Assembly: GCF_020085105.1 (NCBI RefSeq)
Contig: NC_058053.1
Location: 24,541,196 to 24,605,195 of the forward strand
Source of the DNA: Siniperca chuatsi
Taxonomy: Eukaryota
DNA length: 64,000 nt
Direction: 5' to 3'
The notes beneath the pieces were generated by a model. That model did not search any database, was not told where the DNA came from, and saw only the letters and a list, made by a program, of their open reading frames with translations. The translations under genes and the position numbers were made by a program. This document shows, piece after piece, positions 1-12,842 of the stretch. Numbering within the stretch: the stretch's first letter is position 1; each line of letters opens with the position of its first letter.

Positions 1-1377
1 CTTTGGAACACATGATTATATATATTATCATCACATAATTGTAATCATCCCTAGAGCATTTTGTGTTGACATAATAGATTTAAAGTGGTTTAAACTAACG
101 CACATTTTTGATCTTACTTTATAAATCTGTTCATACAGTTTTACAGTCCTTCTTGAATTTAAAATCCATATAGGACCTCATTCCTTTCTCTTTCACTGAA
201 TCAGAGAAAATGTGTCAGCTCAGCAGGGCTTCAGCAGTGAGGAATCATAAATGGAAGATATTTTATGGTCCAAATGTACAGTATATCTGCAGATTCAAAA
301 CAAGACCATTAGTGAACCTTGCAGTTATTCTTTCTCTCCATATCATAACTAGGAGGGATATGGAAATGTGTGCTCCCCCATCAGCCACACTTGCAGTTAT
401 CAAAAATATAATAAACAGACGGAAAACCATAGCAAGCCTGATGAGAAAGAATTAGGAGTTAAACATGTAAGGAATCATGCCCAACTAGGCTCCACTGCTC
501 TGTGTAGATGAAAGCACAAGATTTTCTAAGTCAGATCAATAACTGAACGGATTACTTCAGGGTCGTCTAACACAGTTTAAAAAGCACATTTACTGGAACG
601 CTAAAGCTACAGAGCACAATAGATGATCTGGCAAAGAGCTGAGGGAAAGGAGCTGGTATATATACTGAGTGATTAATGAGAGAATGAGGGGCAGGTGCGC
701 GGGTGGGTGTGGGGATCATGTGACTGGAGATGGTGGGAATACATGGAGGGCAACTACTGAGGTGGAGAAAGGCAATCTCTGCAATGACAGGAGAGGTTTT
801 TGACAGCTGGCATGAGAAATGGACAGAATGTGTAAAACGAGTAAATCTGAGGTTGACGCTTTTTTGGAAACTATAATCAGAAAACATTGAATGTAATGGT
901 TGCCATGTTGCCATGGACTGTTCATGATGTTTTGAGGTTGTTTGAGATTTTCCTTATGGTAGAAATGGTACCCAGTAGTGTTTTTTTTAATTTCTATTCT
1001 ATTTTTAACATATATTGTTCTTGCTATTATGTTTTAAGTTTACTTGTGCCCCCTCAAATAAAGGTGGTGTATCATACTGAGACGCTATCAGTAATTTTCA
1101 TTACTTCATGATTTGCCTACCTTACAGTAACACCTGAAGTTTTACTGGGAATCCACACTTAGTTCCACAATTGTAAAAATCAGAGACAGCAGAATTCTCA
1201 AAAAAATATTTTAACTATCACATTAAGACCACATTTACATTGATATTCACATCCGTATGTCTAATACAGACACACTAGATGCTAACAAGCTAACTCATAA
1301 GCACATCACATATTATTTCAGTATTAATATTATAATGTTATAAAGGAAAGTGAGAAGAAGGAGGGGTTTCAGAGGGA

Positions 1378-1500
1378 GGACAAGACAGGTGGTGGTCATG
1401 GTTTGGGTTAAAATAAGTACTTATATAAGGACAGGGGACCTTTGTCATCATGGTTACAATAATAAATGTGGCTAAGATTAGGGAACGATCATTCTGATGG
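1378..1500. repeat. Interspersed repeat fragment (family B) with degenerate TTAGGG-like subunits (ggtttgggttaaaa ... aagattagggaacg)
   Basis: Shares the ggtta(g/a)gg / gattagggaacg motif blocks with copies at 33290-33500, 57440-57520, 59740-59935 and with the internal part of MITE family A. Confidence 0.45.
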
Positions 1501-3160
1501 TTGGAAACACCAAACAGACAGTGGTCTCCTCTGTTAAAGTCTGGTGTTTTTTTTACCCATCCATCCACCGCGATCTCCCATGGACGTATTATAAGAACTC
1601 AAAGATGACACCCATTCACCAAAAAAGGCTTGCGGCCCACTGCTCATGCACATTGGTGTTTCTCCCACTGGACCCTCCCACGTGTTCCCACTCGGCCCAT
1701 AGACTTTACATTGGGATGACATCAAGCAAAAGAAAAATAGGCTCTGAGAAAGTTTAACAAATATTAAACCTAAATGGATTCAATATCCATAATACAAAGA
1801 GTCCTGTAAACAGTTTTACAAATGTTTACAAATGGTGGTCTATGGAGAAATAGATTCTTGGGCTGCAGGGGATTTTGTGTTGCAATACCACGAGTGTCCA
1901 CTGGGATCAATTGGCAGCAAGACTGAGTGGTCACGCCTTAATACATCTAGGCTATGCAACCACTTCCCTACAGGAACTTTGTCGCTCTATAATAACGTCG
2001 CCTTACTTCCTATTTTTCTCTCGCCATAAATACCATGGCCGCTAGAGGACGTTGTTAATTGAACATAAACTTGTCTTGGGAGGACCGTCTCAATTACTTT
2101 TATCCAGCCAAATGACTGAGCATAATGAAACTGACAAGCAGACAGAATGACAGGATAATGTAAGTGAACCAAACATGATTAGCAAGTTGGATTTACTTTC
2201 ACACATTCAAACATGAACCCAGAGCAGGATTTTCTTGTCTCTCTGCGGGGGTATGGTGGTTGGCCACTAATGCTTTACTAATTCCTCCCCATTTTCTCCA
2301 AGCCAAAGAGTGTAGATGGGAGGTCAGACCAGCTTACTGTCTTCCTTTGTCCTTTCCCTCTTAAACCCCAGTTTCTTCTTTCCATCAGCACTGTCTGCAC
2401 GTTCCAACTGAAAAGGTTAAACTAAATCTGAATCAAATTTAAAATGGATGCCATTTAAAATATTTCCCTTCTATGCATTTGATGATTCTTATACATAAAA
2501 ATATGTTTGGATCATTTAATACATTTTCTGTCTGAGTGCCCAATACTTTGCTGGGGATTGTTATAGTTGAGGCAGGTTCATGTTAATCATTCATAGCAAT
2601 TTGGTCTTTCACTGCATGCACATTTTACATAATGAACTTGACTCATTCTCTTGCGTAATTTGTGCACATCAGCAGTAAATGTTATACATTTAAAAAAAAT
2701 GTTCATCCGACTTTTAAGATAATTGACTAACTAATAATTGAATACATTTTAATTGACATTATCATTAACTTGCCAGCTAGAATGCTAAGTCCCTGCTATG
2801 TCCAGTGTGTAAGGAGACTTTGGGGTCAACCTGGCTTCTTAAAGTGACAAACACACACAGATCTGTACGCCAACTGCAACACAAATAGGTATTGTGCAAT
2901 TTACAGTTCAAGCAAAGGCATCTTTATCAGGTCAATGCAAAAAAGTTGATGTCAAAATTGAAAGCTGTTAAACTGGAAGCAAAATTTCTTTAAACATATG
3001 AATACAAATACTCTTTTGCTCTTTGACTCTACTGTATAACTTAAGTCTATAACCTCATGTTCTACATTAATATACAAATATTGAATCAACATAACCTCAT
3101 TATATTTTCTCTTGAGCAGAGTCTCAGCAATTAATTTAATCAATGCACTGACATAAGCAT

Positions 3161-3659
3161 AATAATAATAATACAACTTTATTTATAGAGCACTTATAAA
3201 AACGTACCAAGTGCTTCACAAAGAGAGAAATAAAATACCACAGTGAATGATAAAAAATAAAATACATAAAAACAATAAAATAAACAGACAGCTCAGGTAA
3301 AATGAGGATATGCTTTCCGATAAAAATGTGTTTTGAAAAGAAGACACTGACTTAGACAACCTAATTTCTTTGGGCAAGTTGTTCCAGAGCCTCGGGGCCC
3401 TGATAGCAAAAGCTCTGTCCCCCTTAGTTTTCTACCTGGACTCAGGAACAGACAGGAGACCCCTGCCTGAAGATCTCAAACTACGTGAAGGTTCATGAGG
3501 GATGAAAAGGTCTAAAATATAGCCTGGAGCCAGGCCAAGGAGAGCTTTAAAAGTAATCAATAAGATCTCAAAATCAATCCTAAAACAAACAGGGAGCCAA
3601 TGTAAAGAGGCTAAAACAGGAGTGATGTGATCGTACCTCTTGGTCCAGGTTAACCATCA
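3161..3659 (-). mobile_element. L2/CR1-type LINE, 3'-terminal fragment (ORF2 C-terminus + 3'UTR), 5'-truncated
   Basis: Near-identical to the 3' end of the LINE at 43722-45720 (aataataa..ctttatttatagagcacttat...ggccccgaggctctggaacaacttgcccaaagaaattaggttgtctgagtc, here in reverse complement); ends in a (TAA)n-like tail. Confidence 0.8.
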
Positions 3660-4821
3660 TACAGTATATGATCGTAATGACTTGAGACTGCCAAAGAAAG
3701 ACAAGGAATGTATCATGTGATCATACATTTTTTTACTTTAATGAATAGTTAATTTGCTCTATCACCAAAAAAGTACAATATCAAGTTAACATGTCTTACC
3801 ATGTTCTTGCTATGTCACAAGACCCATTTTTCTGTCACTACTTTTCATGAATGTAGCTAGGTAGCTAGTTAGCTATATAGAAAGATGACATCACCATTCT
3901 CAACCCCACCTACAAAGCTCTGGTTGGTTTGGGGAAACAGACAAGCACAACACCAGATCTTTGAAGTAGTTAGAAAATTGAACAAGTAGCATATTGTGAG
4001 TCCATTCACATTGTGCTAGTGAATTTCTCTTCATTCATATGCACCCTTAAATGTCTCACTGGAATTATTCATAATCATTCTTTAATATCTGTGTGATTAA
4101 TGGGACATACTTTGAACGACTTAGGTATCTTGGAAACTGGTGTTAAGAAAGGTCCTAACTGTGACTCTCAATGATGCAATACTGTGACATCGTACATGTA
4201 GTGCTGTGCCACAGGGCTCAGCATGCCTTCCACTACCCCTCCTCCTACACTCACTCACAATACAGAACTGCACACATAGCTTTAAATATCTAACAACATA
4301 TTGTAGAGGGCAGCTTCTTTAACCAGTTAAGATGAATATCAACTAGTGCACATCACATTAATGCCATAAAAGCCGATAAAAGGAATGGCTTTTAGATGCA
4401 TTTTGAATTTTGAGTACTCCATCTCTGCCCCCTCCATGACATTTACAAACGCCAAAGTGTTTGAGTAGTCCTAATGTGTTTATCTTTGTGTTTCATCCCT
4501 CCAGGTAATGGAAAAGGACAAACCATTGGCACTGATATCAGAGGAGGGGGTCGAGCAAGGTTTCCTTAATAAGGTAACTGACATAATGAATTCAATTCAA
4601 GTTTATTTATATAGCGCCAATTCATAACAGAAGTTGTCTCATTGCACTTTTCCTATAGAGCAGGTCTAGGCCGTACTCTTTATAATATTATTTACAGAGA
4701 CCAAACAAATCCCACCATGAGCAACCATTTGGAGACAGTAGCAATAAAAAACTTCTTTTAAAAGGCAGAAACCTTGGACAGAACCACACTCAATGGTGGG
4801 CGCTGCTGTGTTAGGTTTTGC

Positions 4822-4856
4822 GAGAGAGAGACAGAGAGAAAGAGAGAGAGAGAGAG
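4822..4856. repeat. (GA)n imperfect microsatellite
   Basis: Direct reading: gagagagagacagagagaaagagagagagagagag. Confidence 0.95.
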
Positions 4857-6918
4857 GGGTTTTGGGGGAGGGGGAGAGGGAAGAACAATGCAAATACCAC
4901 CTAGAATAAAAAAAAAGTAGAATTGTAATTGTAGTGCTAATATTAATAAATTAATAATAATAGGAATGACAGCGATAGGAAAAATAATGCCACTATTAGT
5001 AAAAGAGCCAATAACAACAACTGTAGTAGCAGTTGTCGAGCAGGAACACGGGGGCAGCAGGTAGCCCATAAGCAGAAGCAACACTTTCAGATGATCTGCA
5101 GTTCCTAAAGTCCCGGCCATGTTCGTGCGGAGCTGCTCCCCTGCAGCTGGGCATTCCCTGCTCAGTTTGCTTCCCTCATAGAAGGTACTAGCAAATGGAG
5201 GAGTGGGCATCGACCGCCTGGATGTACCGTTTATCACCAGTCGAGACTGTTGAGAGCAAGGTTAAATGTTAAGTGAGCCCCAATCCCAAATTGCATGGGG
5301 CTATGTCCATGTACAAATTTCCAGAACTAAGACCTGCTAAACCTTTTTCTTGAGACAAATTGTGAGTGAGAGCAAATCATTACGTTATCATCAAATTGTT
5401 AACAAAAGACTCAGCAAGATGCATTCAGATTTTGAGGTAGACTAATGTGGCATCAGTCATGAAAACATTCAGTTTAAAATGTTGAACTATTCACTAAATG
5501 ATGGATAGGTTATGGTGATTCTTTAATTCACAGATGGAACGCACATTAAAAAATTGAAAGGACTTAAATTTCACAGTCATTTATAAATTGGTCATTGAAC
5601 AAAGAAAATGTTCACAATGACAGTGTTAACATGCTGATGTTTAGCAGGTTGATTTAAAATAGGCCTATGTAAAAAGTAAGACATAACAGAGTAACATTAG
5701 AATGAAAAGAACACATACACAATTAAAGAAAAAACTAAATAAATAACTAGGTACCACCAGGTAGTCAAGAAAAGTGCCCCAACATGTTTGAAACAGTTTT
5801 ATGTGTTTTTATGTTTAAACCAAAACACCTAAACCAAAGTATTGGACAAATTGAAATTTTGACCCGATGATGGCGCATACAAAGTCAGGGGATCACCAAA
5901 GTTATTCCAATTTATCTTCACTTCATAGTGAAGCCTAAGGAAAAGCCAGGGTATCACCAAAATCTCGGAACCATGAATGTCTGTACAAAATCTTCAACAG
6001 TTGCTGAAATATAAACCAAAGAGGTGAACGGGCCAACTGACAGACCAACATAGCCATCCTTAGAACCATGTAGCTAAGATTTGTTTGATTATTGTATTGG
6101 CACACTACAGCCTCCATATACAGTACACACCTGAGGACAGAAGCAGTGATTAATGTGTTAGCATTACAGAACCTTGCACCAACAGTACAGGTTTTTATAA
6201 CACATAATGGGGGTCTGTAAATAAATAAAACAATAAAATGTTTATTCAAGACTTTTTAGTCCTTTTTCCTCATAGGTCATCACATAGCTGGGGACCCTAA
6301 CGCCACCCAAATATCACAAAATCTGATGGGAGTGGAAGTCACAGGATCCACTCTGAGAATCCTTGGAATGGGTGTTTTGAATGTCCATTTCTCAGTGGAT
6401 GCTTACATAAATAAAACATCCTGATGATGTGTGTGGTTGCTTGAATTGACTTCCTCTGGGATGCCTCTAGTCTCACAACCAAAATAGTTGTGTTCAAGAT
6501 AACATTCAAAATAATGCTGTGCATATGTATAAAAAATAACACTTAAGGACGTTCTTAAAATGAACAGGGCTAACAGTCTATCTGCATTACATTTAGATTT
6601 ATCCATGCATAGAAATGTGCAGACAAAAACAGGCATGATCTCTGAAACTACCTGTTATGCTATCTGTAAAATTACTGAAGGGTGTTTTCACCAGAAAAAT
6701 AAAGAAATTGGAAGCCTTATCTCGGACTTATGACTTCCATATCTCATAATCATAAGGAAAGATTATAAGAACCTAGCCTGGATCTGTCCAAAGGTTAAAG
6801 AAAATCCATCTACCAGCATCTCTAAAGCTCGCTAATAAACACGTTAAATCTCGTTTGTTCAATCCGTACAAAAACCTAAGTGACTGTTTCTGCTCTTGTT
6901 TGCTTTAATGCTGTGCAG

Positions 6919-7045
6919 GAGTGGTGAAGATGAGAAGGCAGTGGGAGTGAGTTACTGTGAGAGCCTGGATGACCTGCTAAAGAGGTCAGACTTTGTCCTG
7001 CTGACACCTGACACAACAGGGCTCATGAAATCCACAGCAACCTGA
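6919..7045 (+). pseudogene. Exon-like segment resembling the D-isomer-specific 2-hydroxyacid dehydrogenase family (closest by recollection to GRHPR), with a 3-residue gap and an in-frame stop; probable relic/pseudo-exon
   Basis: Preceded by a polypyrimidine acceptor (ctgtgcag|). It translates to SGEDEKAVGVSYCESLDDLLKRSDFVLLTPDTTGLMKSTAT*. This aligns with the GRHPR segment [44 protein letters not shown] (recalled from memory). The ACS triplet is absent and a TGA falls at 7043-7045. Confidence 0.4.
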
Positions 7046-7712
7046 ACCTTTACCAAGGTCTCATCTCAGAATCACTTTATTGTAAAAGTGCAACAAATGT
7101 TACTTTAACTGTAAAAAAAACACATCAATTGACAGAAAAACATAGTATGTACAGGCACGAGGCATTCAGGGATCTCACTAATTTAAAATGCGATACAGTT
7201 GTTTTCAGCTTGGGGTCAGAAGCCAGTTATGTACTTCTGTTAGACACTATGGTACATGTATATGCTAAACTGCTTTAACCATTTTACTTTAGAGGACTTC
7301 ACATAATCCATGTTGCGTTTAAGTCTCTCTTTGGCTATGTACCATAGAATTTATGGATATAAAACAAGTGAGACTTGATGAGATGATTTTACAACTATAA
7401 AAGATTAAATGCTTTTATCTTTTCACACATTTGTATTCACTATGTTTCAAAGTCATCACTCTTCTGTAAACATAACATATTACAGTAATATGAACTCCAT
7501 ATTTTGTTACAACTGATATGAAACAATGTTAAAGTGTCTTTTATTTTGGACTGGATGATAATAACTGAAGAAAAAGAAAATGAGGCCAAGCATGAAAGTT
7601 CATTCTTGACCATGAAAATAGTAGTTTGACAAAACACTCTAACCTTGAGGTACAATTATTAGCTTTGAAATTAGTATTAGAATTAATTTACAGAACAATA
7701 AACCAATGTAGT

Positions 7713-8298
7713 GTAACCCTGTCTCCTAGAAATTGAATTTATACGTATATTACTAAATTATTTTCCCAATTACATTTTACTGACAAACTTTATTGCTGCT
7801 TGGATTGTGTTATGTTTTGAGTAAATGCACAGTCTGTGGTTGGGTTTAGGCTGCAAAAGCACTTTGGTTAAGGTTGGGAAAAGATTGTGGTTTTGGTTAA
7901 ACGTTAATAGACACGCTGTGTCTCAAGTCACTGCAGACATTTTCTGTATTAAACCAAGACCATGATCTTTCCCTAACCTTACCCAAACGCTGCCATGTGC
8001 CTAAACATAAGCATGACAAGTTGAATAATGCTTTAGTCACTGAGTGTGTATTGTATTGCAATGTCGGCTATTTTGGCAAAAAAACAAATAAAATATGTTG
8101 TCAGTGAACACATTAGTGATACGTTCAGTATCAACGTTATTGCGACTTGCCATATGGGTTAATTAACAACATTTCCTCATTATGTCAATAGAGAACATAA
8201 TCCGGCCTGCATTATGTTTCCTTCAAAACATGTTTGCTGTTGCAAATTAATTGTACATAAATGAAATTTCTAGGAGACAGGATTGCAACATGATACAT
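7713..8298. mobile_element. MITE-like non-autonomous DNA element (family A), full-length copy with 21-bp terminal inverted repeats GTAACCCTGTCTCCTAGAAAT / ATTTCTAGGAGACAGGATTGCAAC
   Basis: The TIRs are read directly at 7713-7733 and 8275-8298. No coding capacity. The internal sequence recurs at 9072-9490, 38390-38914 and 50746-51225. Confidence 0.6.
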
Positions 8299-9071
8299 AC
8301 AAAATAAACAAAAAACAAGTTGCAAAATGTACAGCATGAATAAATGCAGCTATGACTATTTTCTGGAGCTTCCAACCGCACCATATGCATCAAACTTCCT
8401 CTGCTGATGAAGACTATGTGATATGGCGAAAAGCTCCAGAAAAAAAGCTAGTGGTAAGTGGTGTTTGTTTGGCCAAACAATTTCGCTGTCATCTCAATGC
8501 AAATACTCTGCCTTTCAACAACAAAGTAATTTGTTGGAAAGGTTACAGCACATACAGTAACTTGCCAAGTTTCAATCCCTGTCATATCTCATTAGTTAAT
8601 AACAAACTGAGCCTAACATTCCTCCCCCTGCCACCTCTTTATGCCACAGGGGGAATATGGCACTCAGTTTCTACCTGAAACAGAAGTGTTGAACCTCAAG
8701 CTCGGGTTAAAAAGGTGAGTCTTTGACGTAAAACTAACTAAACAAACTTAAATGTAATTTCATAATAAGAGAAAGAACTATGTAATTTGGTGTTATCTGC
8801 TAAATCATTTTTCCACAATCATCAACTTGCAAGATCCTTGATGAAGATCCATGAATGGTTGTTGGGCCGACAATGTTAATGTTACTGAAACGCATTCTTA
8901 AGAATCCAATACCAAAATATTCTTTTTATATACTTGTTATAGACCTAAGTCTGTGAAGCAGGAAAAGAAACACTACAGTTTTCCTTCTGCTTAAAATGAG
9001 TACAGTGCAAACACAAAGTATGTGTTACCACATTGATCATAAATGAGCGCAATGTGACACAGCTGCATCCA

Positions 9072-9490
9072 GTTATCCCTGTCTCTTAGAAATAACTTCT
9101 ATATTCTACTAATTTGCAAGAGCAAATATGTTTGTAAAGGAAGGTAATGCTGCCCGGATTAAGCTTTTGATCAACAAGAGGAAACTTTTATAATAAATGT
9201 ATCTGCCAAGTTGCAAAATGTTGATACTGAAAGTATCTGCAAACTTTCACTGACAACACGTTTCACTGTTTTTCACTACAATGTCCACTCTTGCAATACA
9301 ATATCTGCTCGTAGCAACTAAAGCATGATTTTGTTATGTTTAGGCACTCACAGCACTTGGTTAATGTCAGGGAAAAGAATGTGTTTTTGGTTAAATATTG
9401 AAAAAGCCCACAGTGACATGAAGCATGAGACAAGATGTGTTTACTATATTAACATTTAACTAGTACACTTTTTCCCTAACCTTACAGTGT
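9072..9490. mobile_element. MITE family A copy, left TIR present (gttatccctgtctcttagaaat), right end truncated
   Basis: The left TIR and the internal block (gttatgtttaggcactcacagcacttggttaatgtcagggaaaag ... ccctaacctta) match copies A1 and A3. Confidence 0.5.
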
Positions 9491-9829
9491 TTCCCACATT
9501 ATGACAGTGAATCTGTATATATAAATATTTGAAAGAATATATTAATACATTACCCTATTTCTAGCAGGTTATTTCTTATTTCACTATTTTAATTCTCCTT
9601 AATTCTCATTCTTATTTCAGCAGACTGTCCTCACCAGAAAAATGTCTATATAGGCTGTTTTGTGCAAGCAGCTTATTACGACCCATGTTTACGTTTATTG
9701 TAGGATGATAGTTATGACAGGAGCAAACCAGGAAGTCAGGTGACGTAGTATAAAGAACTAAAAAGTCTGCTTATGGAAGTGATGTGATGGAATGGATGGA
9801 CGGCACAAACAAATGGGGGGCTTTCAGCC

Positions 9830-10110
9830 AGAAGACCGGGGTTCGTTTCCCGTTCTAAAACCAAAAGTCAGCGTTGACTTATTTATGGTTTTAAGTTACA
9901 TAACGTCACGTATGTGACTTACGTACTTACATTAGTTACAAGACATACGTGACTTACGGAACATACTTAACTTACGTTAGTTGTGTAACTTACGTAACAT
10001 ACTTATTTTAACCAAAACCATCATCTTTTCCTAGGCCTAACCAAGTAGTTTTTTTTTTGCCTAAGCCTAACCAAACTGCGACAGTTTCACAACGTTAACC
10101 ATGTGTTTAA
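9830..10110. repeat. Family-B-type repeat containing an ACGT-core palindromic motif cluster (acttacgt units) and cctaaccaa(g/a) blocks
   Basis: Reiterated units: acgtcacgtatgtgacttacgtacttac ... gacttacgg ... aacttacgttag ... aacttacgtaac. Flanking cctaggcctaaccaag / cctaagcctaaccaaac resemble the CCCTAACC blocks of family A. Confidence 0.4.
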
Positions 10111-10950
10111 CGTTGACTTATGTATTCTCACCTTACAGCCCGTCCTCAACTGCCACGGTAGGGCCGCTAATTTAGGAAACGCTTCTGTGGGTCGTATTAG
10201 AGGGTAGGAACCAACGACCTATGTGGTCGTATGGGTTGGAGGACTTGTTATATTTTAGAGTTTACTCACAAACTACTTTAATCTGCTCACCTTGCTTTTC
10301 CTTTCAGTTTTCAATAGCTTGGCCTCCAGTATTGCTGCTTTCTCGAGAACCGCTAATCCAAACTACTTAACACTCGACACTGCACTTCCTTGGGTCCTCA
10401 GCAATACGAATGTGAAGTCGATCAGCAACGGTTGTCGAGAAAATCGAAGGACAGACATACAGACAGACAGACAGAGGCTCCTTCCATTTTAGTTAGATGT
10501 GGGACTCAGGATGTGTGCGCCCAAATGAGGCTCTTGAGGCCATGTGTGTGAGTGAATGTAGCAATGGTAAGGCTGCCACTCACTCTCTATCTATGATTGT
10601 ATTTTAAAAAGGGCACGCTGTCTAGAAATGAAGGGCACCCTTTCAGCAGGCAGCCCACACAGGCCTCCCTGAAGCCCACAGAGCGCCTGACTCCGGCTGG
10701 CCTTTTCCCTCAAGGCTACTCCTATAAACTGTGAAGGTGATCCTGATGGTGAGAGCTACATTAGTCCAACACTGATGTGACCTCACTGAAAGTGTCCTTG
10801 AGATCTTTTGATTGTCCAACACCTCCTTAGTTTAATTTACTCGACAGTCTTTTCCATTTACGCATTAAATCACTATAAGGCTTTGCTCATATAGGCATAT
10901 TTGCACCTGAACATGGTGGATGGTGTTATAAATTATGTTTGTATTCCATA

Positions 10951-11045
10951 GCCCTATTCAGACAGGATTAACATGAGGGGAATAAAAAATTCTCTGTGCT
11001 CCTCTGTAATTTAACTCATTGTTCAGGACGGCATTTTAACCACTG
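10951..11045 (+). repeat. Short dispersed element, copy 1 (gccctattcagacaggattaacat ... gtaatttaactcattgtt ... ggcattttaacc)
   Basis: Shares three conserved blocks, in the same order and orientation, with 61604-61700. Confidence 0.35.
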
Positions 11046-12842
11046 CGAAATGTGGTCTGTAACAGACTTGGACATTCTGCAGGACTAGCCAAAAGAGAAT
11101 ACCTGTACCTGACATTATGACAGCACACTGGATGAGCTTTTACAGGGTCTGGCTCTGCTGATGGCATTTTTCCATCTTCACATTGGTTCCCAAATAGGCC
11201 TAAATGTTGTGCTGGTGGTGTTAACATGTTTCCGTCCATCATTAGCAAAAACATTTTTCATTTCCTCCATTTTCACACAAAAGTAAAATTTTACACTGAA
11301 AACAATAAAAAAAATTAAATAAAAGGACAAGAGCTCTTCACACAGAAAAAACTCAGAGATTCGCTTTAAAATACAAGGATGTCGCTCTGGATGATAATTT
11401 AAATTATAGGAGGACCAGCGAGATCACTGAAAAACAGCAGGTAATTGCGGCTGTAATTATTATTGGGGTGTGGGTGAAGAATTATCTGCATACACCCTCT
11501 GGACCGAATTAAAATCACTGGTAATGTTAAAATCACCCCATTACCCCTAGAGAAATAAATCCAGCCTTAATGGGGCTTTAGTTCAAGTATTGTTTCCAGG
11601 TTTTCTGGAATCTCCAATTCCCCATTCGTTGCAGTCTTGTAACAGCTGATTTATTAAATATATTACATTATGGCTCTATATTTCACAAGAGTCTGACTTA
11701 GTGGGAGGGTCTTATTTAAGTGTCACAGCAACAGCTTCAGCTTAGTTTATTTTTTCACCTTTCTGACCATTTACAAGGCCTGCCAGTTTTAACACTCTAA
11801 TTATTCCAGATCCTACGCATCCTGTTTGTCTTCAGCTCCTTTACCTTCCATTACTCACCTGATCAGTGCACACCTGCCTCTCATTCCCCCTAATCAGTCA
11901 CTCCCTATATATAGCTGCCCTCTAGCCTTAAGGCCCAGTCACACCAGAAAGTGGCACAGTGAAATTTATCTGGGTATCTTTGCAAACTATGTGCTTCTAG
12001 AAGCCTGGTGACATAGTGACTACACACAGGGCTAGTTGGTAGGCTAATGAATCTGGTGAGCTAACAACTAAAATGGTAGCCAGCCAGGAACCTGCTAGCG
12101 CTTGTCTTTTACAATGGTAAATGCCAGTGGGACCTCACAATGTATTCAAGAGACGTATTTGTACCATCATCTCTTCTCTCATAACTGCCTTGCCTCTTTT
12201 GTGGAACAGTTTATAAGTTAAATGCTTCTCCTGATTTGGACTCTCTGGCTTTCTGTTGCCTCAGAGTCCAGCAATGTCAAAACAATTTGCTATTGGTCAA
12301 ATTTGGGTGTCACCAAAGCTTACCAAAGTTGAACTCAGTGTGAAAGATTCATGCAAATTTATTTTGCCCCTGCAAGAAAATCCACTGATCAGGGCGATTC
12401 CATTATAATGAATTGATTTTGCAGGAAAAAATGCTGGTGTGACCGTCTATTGTGCGTCCTAGCCTCAGTGGTCCCGCCCTTGTTCTGACTCTTCTGTTAA
12501 AATATTCCTAAATACCAATGCGCAGTTAAAACAGTCCTTTTTTCAATTAATAGGATATAAAATTCCTCATGTCACATTGTGGGGAAACTTTTTCTGTGGT
12601 TGGAGACTATCTAAACATGGCGGTTGCAAAAATGTTGATCAGGTTTGATGAGTTGCTCCTGTAATGGCAACTTGATCACTTCTGTCAATATATAGATTTT
12701 GGCACGATTACATCCTTCTCACATTAGAGTCAGTTGAATCTGTGTTAATATCCAAAATGTGGATTAATGCAAGGCATTTCTCTTGCTCTCTTTTTTTTGG
12801 TACAAATCAACTGAAACATATTTGGTGCAAATAAGTAGACAT

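Noticed and set aside
4758-5237. 159-aa minus-strand ORF, the 5080-5237 part being GC-rich with an upstream acceptor-like site
   Set aside because: The downstream two-thirds is low-complexity AT-rich translation. The GC-rich part (..NGTSRRSMPTPPFASTFYEGSKLSRECPAAGEQLRTNMAGT..) matches nothing I recognise. It might be an exon or UTR, but the support is insufficient.
9826-9860. tRNA-like segment (ccggggttcgtttcccg, T-arm-like)
   Set aside because: Only a partial T-arm resemblance. I could not fold a cloverleaf or find an anticodon arm. It is likely part of a SINE/TE head or chance.
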